Origin: a virus
Taxonomy: Duplodnaviria; Heunggongvirae; Uroviricota; Caudoviricetes
IMG/VR virus record: IMGVR_UViG_3300026382_000013
Coordinates: 17,331-81,330 of that record
DNA length: 64,000 nt
Strand: one strand, 5' to 3'
Part shown: positions 38,952 through 48,305 of the stretch, piece after piece
Numbering within the stretch: position 1 is the stretch's first letter
Layout of the letters: every line of letters begins with the position of its first letter
Notes under the pieces: generated by a model
The model's database searches: none
Seen by the model: only the letters and a program-made list of their open reading frames with translations
What the model was told of the DNA's origin: nothing
Program-made: the position numbers and the translations under genes

Positions 38952-41900
38952 CTAACAGTCCTTAAATTTATTTAATATACTGACTATATTCTCAGCTACT
39001 TTTTTATCTTTTTTAGCTATTTTTTCTATAGCCTTAGAGACCTTATCAACTGGCCCTATATTTGGTATTATACTGTTATTATTCTTTGTATACGCTATTT
39101 TACTAATAACTTTTTTTACACTAGCCTCTAGCTTAGTCTCAGGTTCTCTAGCTGTGTATTCCATTACTCCAGTCTCTACACCTGCACCTTCTAAGGCAGC
39201 ATGCTCAATGTATAGATTCTTACCATCCATTAATGCAACTCTCCCAGCTTCACTATTCTTTTGTAACTCTTCCATGCTTCTATACTGTTTCTGTACTGTA
39301 GTAGGGTTAAAGTTATTATCTTTAAATAACTCCCCACCTATTATTTTATTTAGGTATGTTAGCCCACCATCTACATCATTTCCACTAACAATAGCTTCAA
39401 TAGCATTAGACTCTCTTTCCATGAATGCTTTGACATTACCTACATTCTTCCTACCTTTAAGGTTTTGTTTTAACTTTTCTAAAGCATATACTCTATTTAA
39501 TTCCTCAATACCTTTTGCACCAATAACATTTAGTGTTTTATTGAGGCTGTCTAACATTTCAGTAGGTAAGCTGTATGTCTGCATCAACTCAATAACAGCT
39601 TCATTATACGCTTGTGTGCCTGGCAGTGCATTCTCTATATCTAGCACATTTGCATCATGTATTCCTATAGAGTTGAATTTACTTAGTACTTTAGCTTGCA
39701 GCATCGCATCTTGAAAGTGGACTGTTATTGGTGCACCTCCTGTGTAACTTCCAATTAGTTTGTACACATCAGCATACGCACTCATCTTCTTACCATTACT
39801 CAGGGGTACACTACCTTGGTTATCCATATTCGTATCTACATTAACTTCGTACTCACCTTTTTCCCTAGATGCTATGACACCTAGGTCAGTATCTTTATCA
39901 GCGAATGCTACCTTGAATGTTGGTAGCACACCTTGTAATTCAGCTAGTACTGTATTTACCTCTTCAGTTGTTAATGTAGTAGCTGTCTTACCTGTTGCTT
40001 GTGTCTTCTCTTCAAGCTTTTTATCCATAGCTTTTATAACCCTTGGCTCTGCTGCTTTGAACATCATAGCGAATGTGCTATTAACTGTTTTAGTAGCTTT
40101 AATCAAATCTCCATACTGCTTCTCAAATGTTTCTGTTAGTGGTCCTTCTACAGCGATTGTTATACTATTTGCTAAGGCTTTCTCCTCGTTCAGTGTAAGC
40201 TTGAAATTTAGTAAATCTTTATTCTTATATGCTTTTCTAAGTCTATTGATAGCATCTGAGTTAGGATTTGTGATATTTAGTAACTCTGTAAGAGCCTTTA
40301 GTAGCTTTACCCTGTCTTTGTGGTCTGTAGCATTGTGAGCATCTTCTAACATCTTATACATATTGTCTACACCAAGCCATCCTTTGTTAGCTGCAATAGT
40401 CGCAAGAGCGGCACCGTAATTGAAAGTCATAAATGGATCTTTCATAAACCCTCTAGATATTGTCTCTTGTAAGCTCTCACCTAGTAGTTTAAATATAGTT
40501 CTTGTACGTTCTCTATCACCTTCTGGTAAACTTTCTATCTCTTCATATGTAACTTTAGCTGGTGCTTCATAGGCATCTTGTACATCACCTTCTTTCCACT
40601 TACCATATGTCTTAGTCTCTTCACCCTCTTTCACTTCAAACAATCCAGCTCTGGCTAGCTCTTCATGTACCTTACCTATATCTATACCGCTACCATCTGG
40701 TGCTATGAACACTGGCATTTGCAGTAGCTTGAGGAAGTAACCAGATGTAATAGCATCTGTCTCAAGTGTCATACCTGTTCTAAACATTTCTCCGTTGTTT
40801 TCAGCTTCTTTATATGCTCTATACTCCACTAACCCCAGTAATGCTAACTCTGGTTCATTTTTAGCATCAGTGGTCATTAGATATGCATATGCATCTTTTA
40901 GGTTATCATATGTATCTAGTTTATCTAATATACCTTTTAACTCTTCCATAGAACCTTTTATAGTCTTTTTATCTACTGCTACATCGAATGCTTGCCCAAT
41001 ACCCAACATGAACATAGTTTTTTTCTCGTTTGTGTCTACATCCACCATTTTATCCATTACAGCATGTCTATGAAGCTTTTTATCTTGCCAGTTAAATCTG
41101 TTAGACTTAATACCAAACCTATTATTAGACATGATGTACCACTGTGACCACATCTTAGACTCTTTAACCATTTCTACAGTTTCTTTGAAATACTTAATTG
41201 TATCTGCTATAGCTCTATTTTTACCATTAACAGCAGGTCTTCTTACAACATGTACATTCTTATCTACGTCAGTAATCTCTCCCATATACACGCTCATAGC
41301 CTTTTCACCTATCTCATCGAAGCCTTTTACAAATCTCTGGTTGAACTGTCTGGAGTCTTTAGTTTGTTTTTCAACGGCATCTTTACTTACTTTTGGTACT
41401 GTACCTTTGATATCCCCACTAGGGCCTTCTATACTTATTTCTTCTCTATCTACTTTAGGCTCTACTAGATGTATATCAGTGTCTCTTCTAGCTACTCCTA
41501 GAACATCTGTAAGTTCTTTTATACCTGCCTCTAATGGATTTATCTTTTTAGTTTTTAACCCTTCTTCAGTAAGCTTATATACTGTTATACTCTCATTACT
41601 AGAATCTTCCCCAAATACAGCAGATTTCTTTTTAACCTCTGGTTTAAGTAAGTTAGCCTTACTAGCTAGTCTCATGGCTAATAGTCCTAACTCTACTTTT
41701 AGTTTAGGAGCTAGTTCCTCGTTGTTAGCTTCAGCAGTAGCATCTTTATTCTTAATTCCAAGGTATTTGTACACATACTTCCCAATGCTATTAGCTTCAG
41801 CAGTTAGTAGTCCATCAACATCTTTAATTCTTTCTCGTATCTCATTTGTAACTGGAGCTTTTTTATCCATACCTAACATAGCTCTTACTTCAGCATCTGA

Positions 41901-44900
41901 CTTAATACCTGATACTTGTGTGGTGCTTAACCAATCTACCAACCCAAGTACAACAGCTTTATTGACTTGCTCATCTAACTCAAACTTATCAATAGTCTCG
42001 TATCCATTAGCATCTTGCTTAATGACTGGTGACATAAGTAATCTACTTATACTTTGAAAGCCTTTCACACTACTAACTGGTAGCACATGTAGTTGCTCTG
42101 TTTTATCTGCAAGGCCTAAGCTCTTAGCGGCTATACTGAGTCTATCCATAATACTTAACACTGTATCTAATGGACCTTCACTTTCAATCTCACCAATAAC
42201 TTCATCCATACTAGTTAGGTCGATACCTTTACCGTTAGACTCAAAGTGATCTGCTATGCTTGCTTCAGCTAGCTCTTCATTTGTGACTCTACCTTTAAGT
42301 TGCTGTCTATTCTTTATTTTAGCTTGTGTACTACTAAGCCTATCAATAAGTTGTGCCCCAACAGCTTCAGACTTCTTAACAGCTTTAAGCTCTTCTTTAG
42401 TAGACTTAATAAACTCTTTCTTAGTTTCTATTTCAGCTTCTAATTTCTTAGCTAGTTTAGCTTCTCTTCCTAAAGCATCTATTTTATCTTTCTTACGTTC
42501 TACTTGAGCTACACTTTTCTTTTGCTGTAACTGTACTTCATATTTCTCAGCCTCTTCGTCTATTTTTGCTAATTTCTTTGTATAGTAGTCATTTATCTTT
42601 TGTAGCCGTTTAGCTAGATTTCCTTTGATTAGAAACTCTCTCTTAGCTTGTCTATACTCAGCATCCAGATACTCAGACTTATTTATCTTTCTTGTTTGTT
42701 TCCCATGGCTTATATACTTAGTACTTAACTCTTCTAGTATGTCCTCATTAGCTGCTATATCTTTCTCAAGTTGTTTGATAGCCGCTTCTAGCTCTTTTAC
42801 TTCATCAGACTCTCTGCTTTGTTTATCAGCTTTCTCATTGCTGCTATCTTCTCGTTCTGTAATTTTAGTTTCTCTTCTAACAGTCTCTTTTTCTTTTGTA
42901 GTGCCTGTAGGTTGTTCTTCATTTTGTTCATCCTTATACGTTTTATTTTCTTGTGTTTCAGTTTCCCCATGTAATGCTTCTATCTGTTTAGCAAGTTCAG
43001 GGTCTTGCTCATATCCTCTATCCAACTCTGCTACATCATCTTCACTATACTTATCACTCTCATTAGGAGATGTCTTTCGCTTCATTAACTGCTCTCGTTT
43101 TAGTGCCTGCTCTTCTTCACTACCACCTATTGGTGTGTTATCTTTACTTGTATCTTGTAGCTCCTGAGCTCTACTACTCAACTTTTTCTTACCGCTTTTT
43201 GGTATTACTTTTTTACCATTAACATATGTAATACCAGCTTCTTTATTAGCTTTCCACACATCCCAAGCTTTCTGCATTAACTCAGCTTGTTTGGTATTCT
43301 TACCTGTGTCTCTACCACCATGTAAAAACTCTTCTAATCTTTTTGCAGTAGCCTTAGGCAGATGCTTATATATCTCACTAATACTAGGTACGTCTGGTTC
43401 TTGTATACTATCGTCAGTGTTGTAATCAGGTACACCCTCATCCATAGGTTGTGCTTTACTTTTAGTACCTTCTTTAAGCTCCTTAGCTAGCTCCTCAACT
43501 CTACCATCTGCAACAGCATTTGTAAAAGCTTGCTGTTCACTAGGTGTAAGATTTCTATCTTCCCTAGACATAAGTTCTTTAAGTGTTTCGTCACTTACCT
43601 TACCTTCAGCTAAGTCACTAACCCTAACCATAAGATTCATCTCTTGTTGCATAGGTTTAACCATTGTGTCTGCTGTGCTGTGGTTGTATGTGTAAACTTC
43701 CTTACCATGCGTAAACTCTACTACTGGTTCTTGAGTAACACCGTCCCATGATTTTATGTTCTCCGCATATTGTCTTCCAGCAGTCTCAAAAGCATCTAAT
43801 TTATCTTTCTGACTAGCCGTAAAGTGTTTTAGTGCATTTGTAAGATGCTTACGCAGTGCAGACCCTTTTGGTTCATGTATAAGTGCATCAGCGTATTCTA
43901 GCAACCCTGTTCTTTGCTTTCCTCCTATACTACCACCATAGTACTTTAATCTCAGGGAATCTTTATCTGTTATAGTAGCACCTTCAGGTATGTCTACTTT
44001 ATCGTGCTCTAACTCCCCAACAGACTCTACTATGTCTCTTTCAAGTTTCAGTCTTTCTAACTCTAATGCATCTTTTGTACTTTCTATATCTTTATCAATT
44101 TCAGCAATAGGTCTGTTATGTAGTACTGAAGCTTCTCCATTAAGTGCTCTAGACATTAAGTCAATTCTAACTATACTGTCTAGTATTTTTTCGCTTTCCT
44201 TGCTACCAGCAGTTTCATCTCCCATAGATTCAAGTTCTTTGCTCAGTACTTCTTTATACTTCCCTAGACCATTCAACATACCTTGTCGTTGGGTATCATC
44301 TACTTCTTTTCCTTCAGCGACATTCTTCATTATATCCTGAACAGTTGGGTCTTGTGTGTACACTTGAACATTATTAAGCACTGCCTCGGCATCTTTACTG
44401 AATGTATGTGCTTTAGTGCTTGCATTAGGTCCAGTAAGTATGTCATATTTACCTTTAAGAAACTTACCAGCTGGTTTAATAGCAGCTTCAGTGGTACTCA
44501 ATACTGCCATACCTGGCCCAGCAATTGCCCCCATAACAGCATTTACATATATTTCTTTTAACATATCTTTGTCTGTTATATCAAACTCACCTTGTCTACC
44601 AGCTAATTCTACCAAACCTTGCTGTATTGGTCCCTCTTGTATACCCTCAGTAGCCATTAACGTTGCAGTTTTAGCAGCTGGCTTAACTAACAACTTGCCT
44701 ATAACTGTAGCTGGTAACTCTCCCATAGCTTTAGTTAGTAACTTATCAGTTGCTTCTCCTAGTGACTTAAATGCTGCATCTCTAACAGCCCCTCCAGATG
44801 CCTTGCCTAATGCAAACTCACCTGCTGCTGTATCTACCGCTGTTGCTACAGTACTAAGTGTGCCTATAAGTGCCAATTCACTACCGTTAGGCTTTCTACC

Positions 44901-46133
44901 ATGTACTTTAATGAACTCTTTAGTAGCCTCATCCATAGTCTCCACATCAAACCCTGCGAAGACTGGAACTTTAGTTATACCTTTAGCTGTTAGTGCCTTA
45001 GTCAGCCCATAACTTTGAGCAGCCATTTCCATAGCGCCAAGGGGGTTGTTGTATGCTGCTGTAAACAGAGTACTGAAGTAGTTACCTTTGTCGAAGCCTT
45101 CGCCAACTTCTTTTTGGAACTTCTCTACATCTTCCCCATCAGGAGCTACATGTTCTTTATCGAATTTAGCTATAAGCTTGGAAGCTTCATCCATCGTATT
45201 TATAACTGACTTCACTGACTTACTATATACTGAACCATCTTCTAGGTAGTCACCACCTAATACTTCGTACAACTTTTTAGGGGCTGCTGTCACTGCTTCA
45301 GATGTTTTAAACAACGCTCCACTAACACCAGCTCTCACAACTTTTTCTACAGCACCCATAGGGCCTACATTAATTGACTCCATAGCTTCTGGGTTAGCAT
45401 TCATAAGTGCTTGTTCTAAGTCTTCTTGAGGTGGTGTGTAGTAAGCATTTTGTTGTGGATCATTAACAGCTAATTCTGTGATGTTAGTACCGTCTGCACT
45501 GCCTAATTCTGCTAAGCCCCTACCTTTAACACCAGTACCATATGATCTGCTAGTTATCGGGAGGTTGAGTGGTATATACTTTATAGTTTTACCATCTTCT
45601 CCTACATACTCTCCAGTGAGGTTTGCACTCTCTACTCCACGTAATAGTGGTTCTTGCCATTCTGTGTTACCATTAGCTAGATCTGAGAATAATTGTCTTT
45701 GTTGTCTATCAGCTACATCAATATAGTCTTGGTCTGTCAATGTGTCTACGGGCTTATTTAGCAAGTTAGCAACGTAACCAGGTTGTACTGCACGTTTGTA
45801 TCTACTTCTGTTTATTTCTTCAGTTGGGGAAGCTACTGCTCTTTCTGTATATGTACCATCAGCATTTTGCACTGGTCTTCTATGGTCACTTTCAACAGCA
45901 TCATACTCATACCCTGCTGCTGGCGTACTTACACGTACTTTACCTAGTCTTTTAGTTATAACTGTGTCTGCATCTAGAATACCTAGTAACACATCGTCCA
46001 TTAACGAGTCATCTAGGGGAGCTACATTAGTAGATGTACCGTGTCTGTTGATCTTTTGTTCCATAGCTGTTGCAGCATTTGCTGGCTTATTGCTAGGGTT
46101 GTACACCTCATAATTATCTATAGTCTCATCCAT
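38952..46133 (-). CDS. giant virion-associated protein (2393 aa) with a central ~350-aa K/E-rich coiled-coil
   Basis: Single uninterrupted ORF. Central segment ...KEKETVRRETKITEREDSSNEKADKQ...KLAKIDEEAEKYEVQLQQKK... Plus-strand antisense ORFs inside it are Ser/Leu-rich artefacts. Confidence 0.5.
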   Translation of the reverse strand: MDETIDNYEVYNPSNKPANAATAMEQKINRHGTSTNVAPLDDSLMDDVLLGILDADTVITKRLGKVRVSTPAAGYEYDAVESDHRRPVQNADGTYTERAVASPTEEINRSRYKRAVQPGYVANLLNKPVDTLTDQDYIDVADRQQRQLFSDLANGNTEWQEPLLRGVESANLTGEYVGEDGKTIKYIPLNLPITSRSYGTGVKGRGLAELGSADGTNITELAVNDPQQNAYYTPPQEDLEQALMNANPEAMESINVGPMGAVEKVVRAGVSGALFKTSEAVTAAPKKLYEVLGGDYLEDGSVYSKSVKSVINTMDEASKLIAKFDKEHVAPDGEDVEKFQKEVGEGFDKGNYFSTLFTAAYNNPLGAMEMAAQSYGLTKALTAKGITKVPVFAGFDVETMDEATKEFIKVHGRKPNGSELALIGTLSTVATAVDTAAGEFALGKASGGAVRDAAFKSLGEATDKLLTKAMGELPATVIGKLLVKPAAKTATLMATEGIQEGPIQQGLVELAGRQGEFDITDKDMLKEIYVNAVMGAIAGPGMAVLSTTEAAIKPAGKFLKGKYDILTGPNASTKAHTFSKDAEAVLNNVQVYTQDPTVQDIMKNVAEGKEVDDTQRQGMLNGLGKYKEVLSKELESMGDETAGSKESEKILDSIVRIDLMSRALNGEASVLHNRPIAEIDKDIESTKDALELERLKLERDIVESVGELEHDKVDIPEGATITDKDSLRLKYYGGSIGGKQRTGLLEYADALIHEPKGSALRKHLTNALKHFTASQKDKLDAFETAGRQYAENIKSWDGVTQEPVVEFTHGKEVYTYNHSTADTMVKPMQQEMNLMVRVSDLAEGKVSDETLKELMSREDRNLTPSEQQAFTNAVADGRVEELAKELKEGTKSKAQPMDEGVPDYNTDDSIQEPDVPSISEIYKHLPKATAKRLEEFLHGGRDTGKNTKQAELMQKAWDVWKANKEAGITYVNGKKVIPKSGKKKLSSRAQELQDTSKDNTPIGGSEEEQALKREQLMKRKTSPNESDKYSEDDVAELDRGYEQDPELAKQIEALHGETETQENKTYKDEQNEEQPTGTTKEKETVRRETKITEREDSSNEKADKQSRESDEVKELEAAIKQLEKDIAANEDILEELSTKYISHGKQTRKINKSEYLDAEYRQAKREFLIKGNLAKRLQKINDYYTKKLAKIDEEAEKYEVQLQQKKSVAQVERKKDKIDALGREAKLAKKLEAEIETKKEFIKSTKEELKAVKKSEAVGAQLIDRLSSTQAKIKNRQQLKGRVTNEELAEASIADHFESNGKGIDLTSMDEVIGEIESEGPLDTVLSIMDRLSIAAKSLGLADKTEQLHVLPVSSVKGFQSISRLLMSPVIKQDANGYETIDKFELDEQVNKAVVLGLVDWLSTTQVSGIKSDAEVRAMLGMDKKAPVTNEIRERIKDVDGLLTAEANSIGKYVYKYLGIKNKDATAEANNEELAPKLKVELGLLAMRLASKANLLKPEVKKKSAVFGEDSSNESITVYKLTEEGLKTKKINPLEAGIKELTDVLGVARRDTDIHLVEPKVDREEISIEGPSGDIKGTVPKVSKDAVEKQTKDSRQFNQRFVKGFDEIGEKAMSVYMGEITDVDKNVHVVRRPAVNGKNRAIADTIKYFKETVEMVKESKMWSQWYIMSNNRFGIKSNRFNWQDKKLHRHAVMDKMVDVDTNEKKTMFMLGIGQAFDVAVDKKTIKGSMEELKGILDKLDTYDNLKDAYAYLMTTDAKNEPELALLGLVEYRAYKEAENNGEMFRTGMTLETDAITSGYFLKLLQMPVFIAPDGSGIDIGKVHEELARAGLFEVKEGEETKTYGKWKEGDVQDAYEAPAKVTYEEIESLPEGDRERTRTIFKLLGESLQETISRGFMKDPFMTFNYGAALATIAANKGWLGVDNMYKMLEDAHNATDHKDRVKLLKALTELLNITNPNSDAINRLRKAYKNKDLLNFKLTLNEEKALANSITIAVEGPLTETFEKQYGDLIKATKTVNSTFAMMFKAAEPRVIKAMDKKLEEKTQATGKTATTLTTEEVNTVLAELQGVLPTFKVAFADKDTDLGVIASREKGEYEVNVDTNMDNQGSVPLSNGKKMSAYADVYKLIGSYTGGAPITVHFQDAMLQAKVLSKFNSIGIHDANVLDIENALPGTQAYNEAVIELMQTYSLPTEMLDSLNKTLNVIGAKGIEELNRVYALEKLKQNLKGRKNVGNVKAFMERESNAIEAIVSGNDVDGGLTYLNKIIGGELFKDNNFNPTTVQKQYRSMEELQKNSEAGRVALMDGKNLYIEHAALEGAGVETGVMEYTAREPETKLEASVKKVISKIAYTKNNNSIIPNIGPVDKVSKAIEKIAKKDKKVAENIVSILNKFKDC

Positions 46134-46188
46134 GTTAATCCTTTACGCAGTATAATATTAGAATTATACTGTATACAGACTTAATAGA

Positions 46189-47844
46189 CTATAATTTAAA
46201 TCCTGCTATCTGTAATCTTTGCTTAGCTTTGTCTGACAATGAGTCGTACATCTCTACCAAATCTTTACGGTTATACCCAGCTTTCATTACACTATCTAGT
46301 ATAGCTCTACTCACTGTAGGTTTCTTACCATTTGTAAAGTCTAGTCTAGGTAACTTTGAACTCAGTATACTATCAAGTTTATCTACATTCTCAATAAATC
46401 TATTCTGCCTAACAGTTTCTGCTTTAGCCTCTTGTTGTACATCAACACTAGATTCACTAGGTGGGACTACAACCTTAGGACGTGGAATTGCATGTCTTTT
46501 AACTTCTACTTTAGATTCAGACTTAGCAGCTGCTTTTGGGGCTGTGTTAAACTCGTCTAAGTACTTTCTTGATATCTTATCTGTTTTGTACTTAGCTAAT
46601 GGGTCTACGTACTTCTTATTAGCTGTTATGTTATTAAGTACTTTACGAAGTCTAGTTACTTCTTTCTGGTCATAAGCACTTAGTACTTTCCTACTCACTT
46701 TGCTAGACCTAACAGTACCACTACTACCTTTACTAGTATTAAGCTCAGCTTCTTTAAGGAGTGCTTGTGCAGCAGGTGTAGCTAGAACTTTTGCAGCAGA
46801 AGCTTTATCCGTTATTTTAAGTACAGGTGAACTAAATACAGCACTCTGATCAATAGATCCAGCTATTAAGTCAGTAGCAGTCTTTACGTCCATATATTTA
46901 GGTGGCATACCTTTACGTGTCTCTAGGTTGTAGTTCATTAGCAGTTTAACACTGTTTCTCACATCATTAGGTTCATCTGTGAATGAAAGTATCCCATGTT
47001 CAGACCCTATGCGTTCTGTAAGTTTGTCTACTACACCTAAACCATCAACACTTAATACTTGTGGAGCATTTAAGACTTTACCCTTAGTATACTTGCTATC
47101 TTTCTTTTTACTAGTAACCTTACTACCAGTACTTTCAGCATCTGTCATAGTAGTTGCAAAATTCTCTATACTTCTAATCTGGTCTTGTATATTTTTAATC
47201 TTAACGTCATCAGCTTTTGTAAGTGTATTCTTGTAAGGGGCACTAGCTAGTATTCCAGCCTTTTCTGCCTCTTCTGGTGTAGCTCCACCTCTAATAGCAT
47301 TCATAACTACTTTATTTTTATACGCATCTACATCAGCAACACTTTTTACAGCTATGTCCCCACTCTCTGTTAGCATTGGTGCTACATCTTTATTGAGTCT
47401 ATCAACAGTAGTGTCAAACTTACCTTGTAGTATTTTCATTCTATCATTCGTACCATACAACTTACTCTCAGGATTTACGGAGTCTATCAGTACTTGCTTA
47501 TCAACACCAGTAGTTTTTGATATATTTGCTACTTCGCTATCATATGCATCAGAGATACGTTTGTACGCATCAGAGATCCCAGCACCTTTATCAGTTTGTA
47601 GTATGGCATCTTTAGTATTAGCCTCTATTTGTTGCTTACGCTTAGTAGCATCAACTGTATCTTGGTACATTCTCTCTGCTCTGTCTTGAGCTTGACGACG
47701 TATACCAAGCAACTCGTCTCTCTGTCTGAGTTTCTCATCACTATTAAGGATGTTATACGCACCTTCAACAGATTTTCTAGCCCCTTTAGTAGGGTCTATT
47801 ACATGACTTTGATTAAACCTTAGTGCATAACCTGCTGCTGCCAT
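46189..47844 (-). CDS. virion-module protein (551 aa)
   Basis: ORF between the Gly-rich protein and the giant gene. A hairpin cagtataa/ttatactg sits in the 46134-46188 gap. Confidence 0.45.
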   Translation of the reverse strand: MAAAGYALRFNQSHVIDPTKGARKSVEGAYNILNSDEKLRQRDELLGIRRQAQDRAERMYQDTVDATKRKQQIEANTKDAILQTDKGAGISDAYKRISDAYDSEVANISKTTGVDKQVLIDSVNPESKLYGTNDRMKILQGKFDTTVDRLNKDVAPMLTESGDIAVKSVADVDAYKNKVVMNAIRGGATPEEAEKAGILASAPYKNTLTKADDVKIKNIQDQIRSIENFATTMTDAESTGSKVTSKKKDSKYTKGKVLNAPQVLSVDGLGVVDKLTERIGSEHGILSFTDEPNDVRNSVKLLMNYNLETRKGMPPKYMDVKTATDLIAGSIDQSAVFSSPVLKITDKASAAKVLATPAAQALLKEAELNTSKGSSGTVRSSKVSRKVLSAYDQKEVTRLRKVLNNITANKKYVDPLAKYKTDKISRKYLDEFNTAPKAAAKSESKVEVKRHAIPRPKVVVPPSESSVDVQQEAKAETVRQNRFIENVDKLDSILSSKLPRLDFTNGKKPTVSRAILDSVMKAGYNRKDLVEMYDSLSDKAKQRLQIAGFKL

Positions 47845-47854
47845 ACTATACCCC

Positions 47855-48238
47855 TTACGCCATTACTTTTTGTAAATGTGCTCTATCCGCTTGTAAGTTA
47901 GCTTCATGCACAGCATTAGTGTTATATTGTTGATCCATTAGTGCTCTCTGGGCATCTGCTGTCTTTTTATTTTCAAAGTACCCTAGTAGCCCTAAACCTA
48001 ATTCAGCACCAGCCATAGCTCCACCATACGTACTTAGACCACCAGACCCTGTAGTCCCTTGAGTAGCACTAGTAACACTGCCATCTTGGAATAAACTATT
48101 ACCATTTGCATCCACCATACTAGTACTAGTTAATGCTTTACCATCTTGCCCAATACCAGTATATGTCCAAGTTGATCCGCCTGTAGTTGTAGCTTTATCA
48201 TTCCCAAAAAGATTACTTAACCCATCTAATACACCCAT
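47855..48238 (-). CDS. Gly/Thr-rich small structural protein (127 aa)
   Basis: GGSTWTYTGIGQDG...GTTGSGGLSTYGGAMAGAELGLGLLG. Confidence 0.4.
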   Translation of the reverse strand: MGVLDGLSNLFGNDKATTTGGSTWTYTGIGQDGKALTSTSMVDANGNSLFQDGSVTSATQGTTGSGGLSTYGGAMAGAELGLGLLGYFENKKTADAQRALMDQQYNTNAVHEANLQADRAHLQKVMA

Positions 48239-48305
48239 ATTATATCCTTTACTTACACTATTTTATAGCTCATTATACTACACTTAATATTAAGGGTAGA
48301 TTATT

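Noticed and set aside
39154-45726. Numerous plus-strand ORFs (39154-39714, 39760-40338, 41131-42057, 42625-43167, 44416-45012 and others) antisense to the 2393-aa gene
   Set aside because: All are Ser/Leu/Ala/Thr-rich low-complexity translations lying entirely inside one long uninterrupted minus-strand ORF. They are mirror-frame artefacts. The same applies to antisense ORFs inside 33539-37867, 46189-47844, 48306-51122 and 52422-54314.
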